From: Dehalococcoidia bacterium
GTDB lineage: Bacteria > Chloroflexota > Dehalococcoidia > GIF9 > AB-539-J10
Assembly (NCBI GenBank): GCA_034430415.1
Contig: DAOUEN010000118.1
Span: forward strand, 1-62,256
DNA: 62,256 nucleotides
Reading direction: 5' to 3'
Within the stretch, counting starts at the first letter, position 1. The number at the start of each line of letters is the position of its first letter. The notes under the pieces were generated by a model. The model saw nothing but the letters and a program-made list of their open reading frames with translations. It had not been told where the DNA came from and did not search any database. Shown in pieces: positions 27,732 through 36,820 of this stretch. A program made the translations under genes and the position numbers.

Positions 27732-28608
27732 CACGCAAGCCACTAGTTAGGGCCTGACTGTCAGGACGTCCTCTTACATCCAGAAGCCTGCCGCAGATGT
27801 GGCTCGTTTGCGATTGGAGGCACTTACTTCCTTCTGAAAGAGGGTTGAGTATTAGTCTGTTGCCCCCAAAGAAGATGTAGTCCAGGCTGTGATTTCTGAA
27901 TCTCTCGTCTATTCTATTGCCAACTCTCCTGAGGAAGTCCTTCTTCTGCTCTTCGGTTCTCCTGGCAAACCTCTTCTGGCTGCTGCCGCCTTTCTTGTGC
28001 TCCTTATGGATGTGTCCCGTCCCAACCTTTGATTCTATGAGGCTCTCACCGCGAAAGATTCCTATAGCGTACGACCCCCACCGTACCAGTACCACTCCTA
28101 TAGCATATTCCCTCTCCAGTATTTGACACAGAGGGGAGACGTAGGGCTCACCAATCGAGACCATACTCTCGCTGATGGGGAAGGCTGGCAGCACTATGTA
28201 TTTCTTTCCGTCAGGCTGCCAGAATATGGCTGTTCCCGTCCCGTATTTCTGAGCTGATTGAATAATGACTCTCTCCTTGAGTGACTCCTCTATTTCGTCG
28301 AGGCAGGGCCTGTGTCTGGCTGCCAGCGATACTTGACTGATGTAGTGTGGAAAGCAACCAGGCTTCATATAGAGAGTCAGGTACTCTTCGCGGCTGGTTT
28401 TGAGTTCATCGAGGAGAGCATGTAGCTTCTTCTTGGGGAGAGCTTCTGTTTCCATCAGTGCGCGTTCTACAGCCGTATGTTCCAATGCTGAAAGGCTGAG
28501 TACGAGCACATTGTAAGCCACCGAAGCAGGTGACATCAACGCTTCGCGGCCTTTCCGCTCACTCAAAGTTGTGGCGGCGTGGTCGATGATATAATTGGGA
28601 GAAACCAC
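27700..28608 (-). CDS. Vms1/ANKZF1-like (acVLRF1 family) putative peptidyl-tRNA hydrolase, eRF1-fold
   Basis: VVLVRWGSYAIGIFRG ... HKKGGSSQKRFARRTEEQ matches the VLRF1 GG(S)xQ catalytic-loop pattern. The start is uncertain: GTG 28608 leaves only 26 nt to the divergent gene, so ATG 28536 is more plausible. Confidence 0.65.
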   Translation of the reverse strand: MVSPNYIIDHAATTLSERKGREALMSPASVAYNVLVLSLSALEHTAVERALMETEALPKKKLHALLDELKTSREEYLTLYMKPGCFPHYISQVSLAARHRPCLDEIEESLKERVIIQSAQKYGTGTAIFWQPDGKKYIVLPAFPISESMVSIGEPYVSPLCQILEREYAIGVVLVRWGSYAIGIFRGESLIESKVGTGHIHKEHKKGGSSQKRFARRTEEQKKDFLRRVGNRIDERFRNHSLDYIFFGGNRLILNPLSEGSKCLQSQTSHICGRLLDVRGRPDSQALTSGLREINTSLAFCY

Positions 28609-28634
28609 CCGGTTCTTGCTCTGAACTAGGGGGA

Positions 28635-29492
28635 TTGAGTGCAGTGGTCAGGATCGTGACTGACAGCACCGGTGATATCCCTGCTGAGATTGCTGAGCAG
28701 CTCGGCATCGCGGTTGTACCGCTGCACATCCAGATTGGCAACGAGACTTTCCGGGATGGCATGGGTCTTGCTGCTGACAGGGTGTATCATGAACTGGTCC
28801 GAGGTCAGGGGATTCCCAAAACCTCTGCGCCGTCGCCGGGTGACTTCATCAAGGAATATCGGGAACTAGCCAACGAAACGGACGGCATTGTCTCCATTCA
28901 TCTCTCTCCTGGCTATAGCGGCACATTTGAAGCGGCAAGCCTGGCCGGTAGCTACGTCAAGGACAAATGCCGCGTGGAGGTTGTGGACTCGAACTCTGTC
29001 TCGCTAGGGCTGGGCCTGATAGTCATCGCCGCAGCGAGGGCAGCCCGAGAAGGCAAGAATATCGACGAGATTCTTGACATAATACGCCATGCCATCCCGC
29101 GCACTCGCCTGTTCGGAAAAGTGGACGACTTCGTCTATCTTCTCAGAGGGAAACGCTTTCGGCTAACCAAAGGAATGCTGGTCTTGGGCAGGATAAGTAT
29201 GGCCCTGGGCATCAAGATGCTGGCGGAGGTTCATGGTAGCAGCAGGTTGCGTTCTCCTTCGCTCGTCATCGGTCGAAGGATGGCCTTGGCTGACTTGAGA
29301 CGGAGGGCGGAGAGGTTTCCCGACGTGAAGGAAGTAGCCATTGCCTATTCCACGGTGCCTGATGAGGCAGCGATGCTTGCAGGGAGTCTGGAGCCACTGG
29401 CTGGCAAGGAGCGTATCATTGTCAGCAGGCTTGGCTGTGTTACCTCCACGTACGTTGGACCGGGAACTCTGGTGATGGCCCTTATATATTGA
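28635..29492 (+). CDS. DegV family fatty-acid-binding protein
   Basis: VRIVTDSTGDIP at the N-terminus, about 280 aa. The start is TTG 28635 or GTG 28644. Confidence 0.85.
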   Translation: MSAVVRIVTDSTGDIPAEIAEQLGIAVVPLHIQIGNETFRDGMGLAADRVYHELVRGQGIPKTSAPSPGDFIKEYRELANETDGIVSIHLSPGYSGTFEAASLAGSYVKDKCRVEVVDSNSVSLGLGLIVIAAARAAREGKNIDEILDIIRHAIPRTRLFGKVDDFVYLLRGKRFRLTKGMLVLGRISMALGIKMLAEVHGSSRLRSPSLVIGRRMALADLRRRAERFPDVKEVAIAYSTVPDEAAMLAGSLEPLAGKERIIVSRLGCVTSTYVGPGTLVMALIY

Positions 29493-29531
29493 CGTAGCCT
29501 GTGGCGGTATTGCTCTGGCAGGGGAGGACAA

Positions 29532-30524
29532 TTGGATCGCACATATCTCGATTTATATCGCAGTGGTGAACTAGGGCGCAGGGCCGAGGTGCTGGAGGCA
29601 CGGCTGGCCTCGTGTGATATTTGCCCCAGGGAATGCCATGTCAACCGTATCGAAAACGAACGTGGATTCTGCCGTTCTGGGTATCTTCCCATAGTATCTT
29701 CATGCTGCGATCATCATGGCGAAGAGCCGGCCATTTCTGGCACCAGAGGGACCGGGGCTATCTTCTTTGGCAATTGCAGCATGAGATGTGTGTACTGCCA
29801 GAATCATCAAATAAGCCAGGACCCAGGTCGTAGAGCTTCCGAGGAGATGGACTTCCACACCCTGGCTGAGCGCATGATATATCTTCAGGATGAACTGAGA
29901 TGTCACAGCATCAGCTTTGTCTCGCCGTCCCATTTTGTCCCTCAGATGGTTCGAGCGATTCTGGAAGCGGTGCCTTTGGGGCTCCGAGTGCCATTGGTGT
30001 ACAACACCAATGCCTATGACTCCGTGGCAATACTGCAATTGCTGGATGGGATTGTGGACGTCTATCTGCCTGACTTGAAGTACGCCTCTGATGTCTGGGC
30101 GGCAAGGCTTTCCCACTGCGCCGACTACGTAGCTCACTCTCGTGAGGCTATTCTTGAGATGTATCGGCAGGTGGGGAGCAGACTGGAGTTGGATGATTCT
30201 GGAGTGGCCCAGAGGGGGTTAATAGTACGTCACCTGGTTCTCCCCAATGGGCTGGCAGGCAGCCGCGAGTCGCTTATCTGGCTAGCCCGCGAGGTATCGC
30301 CTGAGGTGACCGTGAGCATCATGTCTCAGTATTACCCGGCACACCTGGCCCCAGGGCTGCCGCTGCTTTGTTGTACAGTTACTGCAGCGGAGTATGCGGA
30401 GGTCCTCGAGGTAGCCGGTGACCTTGGAATGGAGAATGGCTGGATCCAGGAGATGGATGCGGCAGCTAGCTACCTACCTCATTTTGAACGTGATGGACAC
30501 CCATTTCTGGCGCAGCATTTGTAG
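29532..30524 (+). CDS. radical SAM protein, PflX-like (homologue of pyruvate formate-lyase activating enzymes, COG1313-type)
   Basis: CSMRCVYCQN CxxxCxxC cluster motif, plus an N-terminal CDICPRECHVNR...C extra Cys cluster. GGGGAGG lies before the TTG start. Confidence 0.7.
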   Translation: MDRTYLDLYRSGELGRRAEVLEARLASCDICPRECHVNRIENERGFCRSGYLPIVSSCCDHHGEEPAISGTRGTGAIFFGNCSMRCVYCQNHQISQDPGRRASEEMDFHTLAERMIYLQDELRCHSISFVSPSHFVPQMVRAILEAVPLGLRVPLVYNTNAYDSVAILQLLDGIVDVYLPDLKYASDVWAARLSHCADYVAHSREAILEMYRQVGSRLELDDSGVAQRGLIVRHLVLPNGLAGSRESLIWLAREVSPEVTVSIMSQYYPAHLAPGLPLLCCTVTAAEYAEVLEVAGDLGMENGWIQEMDAAASYLPHFERDGHPFLAQHL

Positions 30525-30544
30525 GCTCTAGCTATGTCTGTAGT

Positions 30545-30572
30545 TTGACAAATACCTGGCGTATGACATACT
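30545..30572 (+). promoter_or_regulatory. putative promoter of the RepA-like ATPase gene
   Basis: Consensus TTGACA (30545-30550), 16 nt spacer, CATACT (30567-30572), followed by GGGGAGGTGG and ATG 30595. Confidence 0.45.
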
Positions 30573-30594
30573 TGTAGCTGGGGAGGTGGAGCTA

Positions 30595-31401
30595 ATGACG
30601 AGATGGCTCGTTGACGGCCTTGTTCCACAATGGTGCGCGGTCTTGCTTCTCGGAGAGCAGCATTCGGGAAAAGCATGGTTGACCGAGCAACTCGCTCTCT
30701 CTGTCGCCAGCGGCAGCAGCTTTCTTGACGTATTCCAGGTGCAGCGACAGCCAGTCATACTCATAGATGAAGACTCGGGCACAGCGAGCTTCAAACGGAG
30801 ACTCTACAGGCTGGCGCGGGGTTTGAAGGTGGACCTTTCGCAGGTTCCCCTGCGGTGCTACTCGCGCTGCAATTTTCTTCTCTGGGATGCTGAGAGACGG
30901 ACATGGCTGAGAGACCTGATCAGACGGGAAAAAGGGACCCCGCTCGTGATTATCGATAGTCTCAAGAGAATAATGGCACGGCAGGAGCCCGGTGCAGGGG
31001 ATGCCATGGCCGGCCTGGGAGAGTTCTGCCATGAACTGCGCGATGCCGGTGCGACGCTCCTCATCGGGCACCAGACAGGCGCGAGGGAGTCCGTCGGCCT
31101 CGAAGACTGGGATGTAGCTTATCAAGCTCCGGGGTTCGTCGTGTTGGTCGAGTGTTTTGACATGGCCCTGTCCATCTTCAGAGTTCCCACGGTCAGGACC
31201 GAGTTTGTTCTGAAGTCACTGGAAAGGCGGGTCAAGCTGAAGGTCCGCCGTCCGTTTTCCATCGTGCTGCAGGAAGATGAGGAGGAAACCTGGGCAAAGC
31301 TCGCTGTCACAGACGAGTTGACAGAGTTGGGTGGCGAGGTTGCGAGGCGAGTTCTTCCCGAGGTGGTGAAGCAAGCAGTCGAGCCGGAGCCGGAGCGGTA
31401 G
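30595..31401 (+). CDS. RecA-fold P-loop ATPase, RepA / AAA_25-like
   Basis: Walker-A-like LLLGEQHSGKAWL. Acidic hydrophobic strands PVILIDEDSG and PLVIIDSLKR are typical of RepA/KaiC-type ATPases. GGAGGTGG lies 5 nt before the ATG. Confidence 0.6.
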   Translation: MTRWLVDGLVPQWCAVLLLGEQHSGKAWLTEQLALSVASGSSFLDVFQVQRQPVILIDEDSGTASFKRRLYRLARGLKVDLSQVPLRCYSRCNFLLWDAERRTWLRDLIRREKGTPLVIIDSLKRIMARQEPGAGDAMAGLGEFCHELRDAGATLLIGHQTGARESVGLEDWDVAYQAPGFVVLVECFDMALSIFRVPTVRTEFVLKSLERRVKLKVRRPFSIVLQEDEEETWAKLAVTDELTELGGEVARRVLPEVVKQAVEPEPER

Positions 31402-31573
31402 TTCTCGCCGGACCTGAACTCTCGTTCCCCTTGCTGCCCTTAGGGGGGACTTGACGGTATGGCTTGTGCCTTTGCCCTGTGCCGGCGGTATTGGCTATAC
31501 TAGCTCGGCGCCAGCGTCGGTCAGGGGTAGAGCAGCGGGTTCGTAATCTCGAGCCCAACGAACAAGCAAGTCA

Positions 31574-31608
31574 GGAGGGGAGCGGTTAGCTCCCCCCTCT
31601 CTATTTTC
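31574..31608 (+). terminator. hairpin plus U-rich tract (putative terminator of a short orphan transcript)
   Basis: GGGGAGC (31577-31583), loop GGTTA, GCTCCCC (31589-31595), followed by CCTCTCTATTTTCC. Confidence 0.4.
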
Positions 31609-31837
31609 CAGATTGATGGCTAAGATGTGCAGTCCCATAACGTCAGATACAAATGGGGGGTAGTTGCGTTCGGCTATTTCGCAGCTGGAGTGCCTTTCGG
31701 TGACGACCAGTGCAGTTTGGTCACATATGAGCGTCGTGATATTTGACTAGAAGAGATTTCTGTTGCACGGTCAGGCCGGATTGTGTCTCAAACAAAGAGG
31801 ACAATACAAACTATACTGTTGGCGGCTCTCCCAATTA

Positions 31838-33370
31838 CTATGGACTACGCTCGTAGACTCTTGTTAGCTCTCTCAACTTCTCCCTGATTGCGGGTGTAAG
31901 CATTTCCCAGCTAAATCTCCACTCCCAGTTGCCCTCGGTAGTACCCGGCAGATTCATACGAGCCTCGGTGCCCAAGCCAAGTACATCCTGCAACGGGAAT
32001 ATGGCAATACGTGCCACAGAGCTTAAGACAAGGCGAATAAAATCCCAATGTATCTCACTACCATCGGTACCTAAATACTTCAGGGCGTATTCTCTTTCTT
32101 TCTTCACTTCGTCTCGGGTCTGAGTGGTTTGTGCCCCTGGCTCGGCGGTAAACCAGCCAACTGTAGTGTTGTGGTCATGGGTAGCCGTATATACTGCACA
32201 GTTTACGATGTGGTTGTGGGGGCGATATTCTGGAGCCTTCGGGTCGTTACCGAAGGCCATCTGTAGGATCCGCATTCCGGGAAGACCTAACTGCTCACGC
32301 AGATTATCTACCTCTGGGGTGATGATTCCCAGATCTTCAGCTATCAACTGGATATCACCTAATGCATCTTTCACGGCATTGAACAGCGCTATTGCGGGGC
32401 CCTTCACCCATCTGCCCTTCACAGCAGTCGGTTCTGTCGCCGGAATCTCCCAGTAAGCCTGAAATCCCCTGAAATGGTCAAGTCGCACCATGTCAACCAG
32501 GGAGAAATTGGTTCGAAAGCGGTCTATCCACCAGCGATAACCCCTTTGAGCTATCATATCCCATCTATATATAGGATTCCCCCATCGCTGCCCTGTTGCA
32601 CTGAAATAGTCCGGGGGGACACCTGCTACCACCAGCGGATCACCCTGCTCATCCAGATGGAACTGCTTTCTGTGAGCCCACACTTCAGCGCTGTCATGGG
32701 CTACATATATGGGGATGTCACCAATGATGCGGATGCCTTTCTCATGGCAATAACTCTTCAAAGCCAGCCACTGCTTGAAGAATTGGTATTGAACGTACTT
32801 CCAGAATTGCATATTGTCTGCCAGCTTGTTGCGCCACTGCACTAGGGCATCGAGCTGCCTGGTGGAGGCACCTTCCTCCCACTTAGTCCAGACCCGGCCG
32901 CTGTGCGCCTCCTTAAGAGACGCAAACAGAGCATAGTCTTCAAGCCAGAAAGCATTTGTCTCTGAGAAATTATAGAAATCCTCTGGATATCTCGTGGAGC
33001 TCTTCTCTTTAAATTCTTCAAATGACTTAGCTAGCAGGGGCATTTTGTAGTTGATTGCCCATCCGTAGTCCACTCCATTCGTGGGAAAATCAGGTGGGTT
33101 CTCAATATCAGCCTGGTCCAAGAGACCCTCATCGACAAGCTTCTCCAGACTGATGAGATAAGGGTTACCACCGAAGGCGGAGAGACACATATATGGCGAG
33201 TTGCCATAGCTTGTGTGGCCAAGGGGCAGAATTTGCCAGAGACTCTGCCCCGTGTCAGCTAGAAAGTCGATGAATCTATATGCTTCCGGACCCAGGTCTC
33301 CGATACCAAAGCGCCCCGGCAACGATGTTGGATGGAGTAGTACTCCGCTCGCTCTATTTGAGGTCACCAC
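31838..33370 (-). CDS. malQ: 4-alpha-glucanotransferase (amylomaltase, GH77)
   Basis: 510 aa with an N-terminal SGVLLHPTSLPGRFGIGDLG. Confidence 0.9.
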   Translation of the reverse strand: MVTSNRASGVLLHPTSLPGRFGIGDLGPEAYRFIDFLADTGQSLWQILPLGHTSYGNSPYMCLSAFGGNPYLISLEKLVDEGLLDQADIENPPDFPTNGVDYGWAINYKMPLLAKSFEEFKEKSSTRYPEDFYNFSETNAFWLEDYALFASLKEAHSGRVWTKWEEGASTRQLDALVQWRNKLADNMQFWKYVQYQFFKQWLALKSYCHEKGIRIIGDIPIYVAHDSAEVWAHRKQFHLDEQGDPLVVAGVPPDYFSATGQRWGNPIYRWDMIAQRGYRWWIDRFRTNFSLVDMVRLDHFRGFQAYWEIPATEPTAVKGRWVKGPAIALFNAVKDALGDIQLIAEDLGIITPEVDNLREQLGLPGMRILQMAFGNDPKAPEYRPHNHIVNCAVYTATHDHNTTVGWFTAEPGAQTTQTRDEVKKEREYALKYLGTDGSEIHWDFIRLVLSSVARIAIFPLQDVLGLGTEARMNLPGTTEGNWEWRFSWEMLTPAIREKLRELTRVYERSP

Positions 33371-33371
33371 T

Positions 33372-33611
33372 TCACTCTAGGGGTATTACCTCACCACATC
33401 TTGGGCACTTAATGGTCGTCCTGTAGTATGCCTGGAATTCCGCCACACTACTGCCTTGGCGAAAGACAGAGTATCGAACACCTATGTTCTGCCTGGCTTT
33501 TTCCAATGCCATTCTCTTGGCTTCTTCAAACGTGCCTTTGAAGTCTAACGTAGTCTTTTCCTTCGTCGCATGCCTTGTTTCGACTATCTCATACTGCGTT
33601 GACTGGCTCAT
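33372..33611 (-). CDS. hypothetical small protein (79 aa) with a C-terminal CPRCG knuckle
   Basis: AGGAGG lies 7 nt before ATG 33611, and the stop is 1 nt from the malQ start. I recognise no family. Confidence 0.5.
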   Translation of the reverse strand: MSQSTQYEIVETRHATKEKTTLDFKGTFEEAKRMALEKARQNIGVRYSVFRQGSSVAEFQAYYRTTIKCPRCGEVIPLE

Positions 33612-33653
33612 ACCATCTCCTCCTATCAAGATATTGTAGCCTGATAACCTAGA

Positions 33654-34706
33654 TCACAGTTTTTCTAGATACTTTCTGTCGACGAATTTCTGAAAAGTGG
33701 AGATGGATTCCTCAATCCTCTTTCCTCGCACACTGACCCTGCGAATTGCGGAGTCCATCTTGCTTGCCACCGTCATGGTATCATCAGCCACAACCATTAT
33801 CGGGACATTCTTACCCTGTGCGGCAGATATGACAGCACTATCCGGATACATAGCTCCGGTCAGGATAAGGACTTTGGTTGGAGTTTCCAGGGCGGCAAAC
33901 TGGATATCAGCCCGGTCGCCCCCGGTTATCACGGCTTTGTTCGCCTGAGAGCGAAAATGCTTCAGTGCACCCTCTACGTTCATGGCACCAACCATTAAGT
34001 TTTCCACCGCCTCTCCTCTTCTATCCTCACAGCAGATAATCTCTCCGCCGAGCACATCCCTGATTTCACCAACACTCAGAGAATTAAGTTTTGGGTTTGC
34101 TGGTACTAGACCCCAGACCTTGATACCTTTGTTTTCCAGGAAGGGGACGAAGTATTTCTTGGTGAAATCTACGCTTTCCGATGGAAGGCGATTCAGAATA
34201 ACACCGAGCAGCCTCTCGCCAAGCGTGTCACGCATGGCCACTATGGCATCAAGGTTAACCTCTCCGAATACCGGTGCGTCGACCAGTATAACTGGTATGT
34301 CCAACCTTTCAACAAAACTTATGTTGGAGACTCCTATGGAGGAGCCGTCGAACAGGTCTTGACCGCCCCCAATAAGAACCGCATTTTTCCCCTTCTTAAC
34401 CTGCTCATAGGCACTGTAAATCTTACTCTCGGCATCGCCAAGCTTGCCAAGGACTAAGTCAATATAATCCTGGTGCCCGAGGTTAAACGGGCACATCAGC
34501 GATAAGTCGTCTTCCAGTGAGAAACGCTCTTTGATGAGCAGCACGTCCTCTTCAACCTTCACATCTTCTTTTAAGGTGAAGTTTTTGCCTATAGGCTTAA
34601 AGTAGCCCATCTTTAAACCCCTACTTTTCCAGAAATCCAGTATTCCGAGCACTGCCATTGTTTTGCCAGCGTACTTTGTTGTCGAACCAATAAATAATTC
34701 AATCAT
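33654..34706 (-). CDS. stand-alone PtaN-like protein (BioD-like P-loop domain plus DRTGG domain)
   Basis: MIELFIGSTTKYAGKTMAVLGI (AAA_26 / BioD-like) and AVITGGDRADIQFAAL (DRTGG). The protein has no phosphotransacetylase catalytic domain. Confidence 0.75.
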   Translation of the reverse strand: MIELFIGSTTKYAGKTMAVLGILDFWKSRGLKMGYFKPIGKNFTLKEDVKVEEDVLLIKERFSLEDDLSLMCPFNLGHQDYIDLVLGKLGDAESKIYSAYEQVKKGKNAVLIGGGQDLFDGSSIGVSNISFVERLDIPVILVDAPVFGEVNLDAIVAMRDTLGERLLGVILNRLPSESVDFTKKYFVPFLENKGIKVWGLVPANPKLNSLSVGEIRDVLGGEIICCEDRRGEAVENLMVGAMNVEGALKHFRSQANKAVITGGDRADIQFAALETPTKVLILTGAMYPDSAVISAAQGKNVPIMVVADDTMTVASKMDSAIRRVSVRGKRIEESISTFQKFVDRKYLEKL

Positions 34707-34708
34707 TC

Positions 34709-36820
34709 CTAATCCCCCCTTAATATCAGTCTTCCGTCAACCGCCCAGACCCCCTCGCCTTTATCCATTACCATCAGTGGGTTAATCTCCATTTCAACTA
34801 TTTCCGGGAACTTTTCACCCAGGGTTCCCACCGTGGCGATGACTTCATGTAGGGCTTCAAGGTCCTTTTCCTTCTCACCTCTAACACCGCTGAGCAGCGG
34901 GAAAGACTTTATCCCGGTGACCAACTCTCTTATTTCCTTCTTACTGAGAGGGGTGAGAGCGAAGTTTACGTCCTTCAGAACTTCAACGTACACACCGCCA
35001 AGGCCAAACATCACCAGCGGCCCGAACTGCGGGTCGCGAGAAAAGCCCACGATGACTTCCTTCCCGCCTTCCACCATTTTCTGCACCGTGATTCCCAGAA
35101 CTGGTACCTGCGGCAGAAATCTCCGCACACTGACCATTATCACCTCAAAAGCTCTGGCTACCTCCTCGGAAGTCCTTATACCCACTCTTACCCCACCCAC
35201 GTCCGTCTTGTGCAGGATCTCCGGTGAATAAACCTTCATTGCCACCGGGAAACCTATTTGCTCAGCGACACTCGCTGCCTCATCGGCAGTATGGGTAAGC
35301 ACTGTCGGCAGGGTAGGGATTCGGCACATGTCCAGAAGCTCTCTGGCTTCAAAATCGACCAGCTTGATCTTGTCCTCTCCTGCCTTCGCTTTAAGAAATT
35401 TCTTGATCTTATCTTCCTCAATGTCCTTGTAGTACTCTTCAGGTCTTTCTTGTTGTTTCCACAGGCTGTGGTTGGCCATGACGGCCATAGCTCTCACCGC
35501 TCTATCGGGAAACGAGATGTTGGCCACCCTTCCCCTCTTGAAGATGCTGAAGGCAGTGGCAACCCTTTCTTCACCCATAAACGAAGTAATTACTGTTTTG
35601 GGAGAGGTATAAGAAAAGTTTGAGATTATTTTTGCTGTTTCTTCAATCTGGGTATTTGCTTGGGGTGACAGGATGATGACCATCCCGTCCACTTCTTCTG
35701 CCTGGGCTACCAACTCAATAACTTGTTGATAGCGCTTGCTGTTAGCATCACCGAGAACGTCAATCGGATTGTAAACCGATGCTGCCGGGGGTAATACCTC
35801 CTTTAATTTGCCAGCAGTAACCATATTTACAGCGGCAAGCGTCAGTTTCTCCTCGGCAGCTTTATCGGTAGCGATTATTCCCGGTCCTCCAGCGTTGGTA
35901 ATGATGGCGACTCTCTTCCCTTTGGGCAGAGGCTGAGAGGCAAATACCTCCGCCCAATCAAAGAGGTCTTCAATCCACCTCGCCCTTATTACGCCCGACT
36001 TGGTAAAGGCACATTCATAGGCTCTATCCATGCCGGAAAGAGAGCCTGTGTGCGAAGAAGCGGCCCTGGTTCCCTCGGCTGAAACCCCGGATTTGAAGAT
36101 AATGACCGGCTTTTTCCTGGAAACCCTTTCTGCAGTCTCAAGGAACCGCCTACCATCAACCACACTCTCAAGGTAGCCTATTATAACCTTGGTATTATCG
36201 TCCTTCTCCAGAATCTCGAGGAAGTGCGTCTCGTCAAGGTCCATCTTATTACCCATGCTGATAAACTTGGAAAAACCGACGTCTCTCCCGGCGGCGAAAT
36301 CAAGGATAGCCGTAACCATAGCTCCAGACTGTGACATAAACCCAATCTTACCCTGGCGGGGCATGGTCGGAGCAAAGGAGGCGTTCAGGTTAGAGTGGGT
36401 ATCTATTACGCCAAGGCAGTTCGGCCCGATGACCCTGATTTTACCCCGGCACATCTCGGCTAGCTCCCTTTCTCTCTGCACCCCTACTCCGCCTATCTCC
36501 TTGAAGCCGGCAGTAATCACGACGGCTCCCGTTACCCTTTTATCTATCAACTCTTTGAAGGTATTTATAACCAGTTCCGCAGGAACAATAACCAGAGCAA
36601 GGTCGATTTCACCGTCAATATTCCCTACGCTCTTGTAGGCCTTCAATCCTAAAATATTCGGGGCACTCGGGTTTACCGGGTAGATTCTTCCTTCAAAATT
36701 ATCATCAATCAGGTTTTTCAGAGTATCATAGCCAACCTTGCCCGGCTGGTGGGAAGCGCCAATGACAGCTATACTTCTTGGCTTGAAGAAGAAATCATAG
36801 TTGTTGGCAGTAGGCCTCAT
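34709..36820 (-). CDS. acetate--CoA ligase (ADP-forming) / NDP-forming acyl-CoA synthetase, fused alpha-beta
   Basis: 703 aa. CoA-binding N-terminus [13 protein letters not shown], the succinyl-CoA-synthetase-like histidine region SSHTGSLSG and a C-terminal ATP-grasp domain. Confidence 0.88.
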   Translation of the reverse strand: MRPTANNYDFFFKPRSIAVIGASHQPGKVGYDTLKNLIDDNFEGRIYPVNPSAPNILGLKAYKSVGNIDGEIDLALVIVPAELVINTFKELIDKRVTGAVVITAGFKEIGGVGVQRERELAEMCRGKIRVIGPNCLGVIDTHSNLNASFAPTMPRQGKIGFMSQSGAMVTAILDFAAGRDVGFSKFISMGNKMDLDETHFLEILEKDDNTKVIIGYLESVVDGRRFLETAERVSRKKPVIIFKSGVSAEGTRAASSHTGSLSGMDRAYECAFTKSGVIRARWIEDLFDWAEVFASQPLPKGKRVAIITNAGGPGIIATDKAAEEKLTLAAVNMVTAGKLKEVLPPAASVYNPIDVLGDANSKRYQQVIELVAQAEEVDGMVIILSPQANTQIEETAKIISNFSYTSPKTVITSFMGEERVATAFSIFKRGRVANISFPDRAVRAMAVMANHSLWKQQERPEEYYKDIEEDKIKKFLKAKAGEDKIKLVDFEARELLDMCRIPTLPTVLTHTADEAASVAEQIGFPVAMKVYSPEILHKTDVGGVRVGIRTSEEVARAFEVIMVSVRRFLPQVPVLGITVQKMVEGGKEVIVGFSRDPQFGPLVMFGLGGVYVEVLKDVNFALTPLSKKEIRELVTGIKSFPLLSGVRGEKEKDLEALHEVIATVGTLGEKFPEIVEMEINPLMVMDKGEGVWAVDGRLILRGD

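Noticed and set aside
31307-31558. 83-aa minus-strand ORF in the ATPase-malQ spacer.
   Set aside because: It is Arg/Pro/Ser-rich and low-complexity, overlaps the ATPase 3' end, and has no SD. It is probably spurious.
31481-31560. Possible tRNA-Thr gene.
   Set aside because: The D-stem and anticodon stem do not base-pair, and there is no T-arm (GGTTCGAnTCC) or matching 3' acceptor strand on either strand. It is reported only as a tRNA-like fragment.
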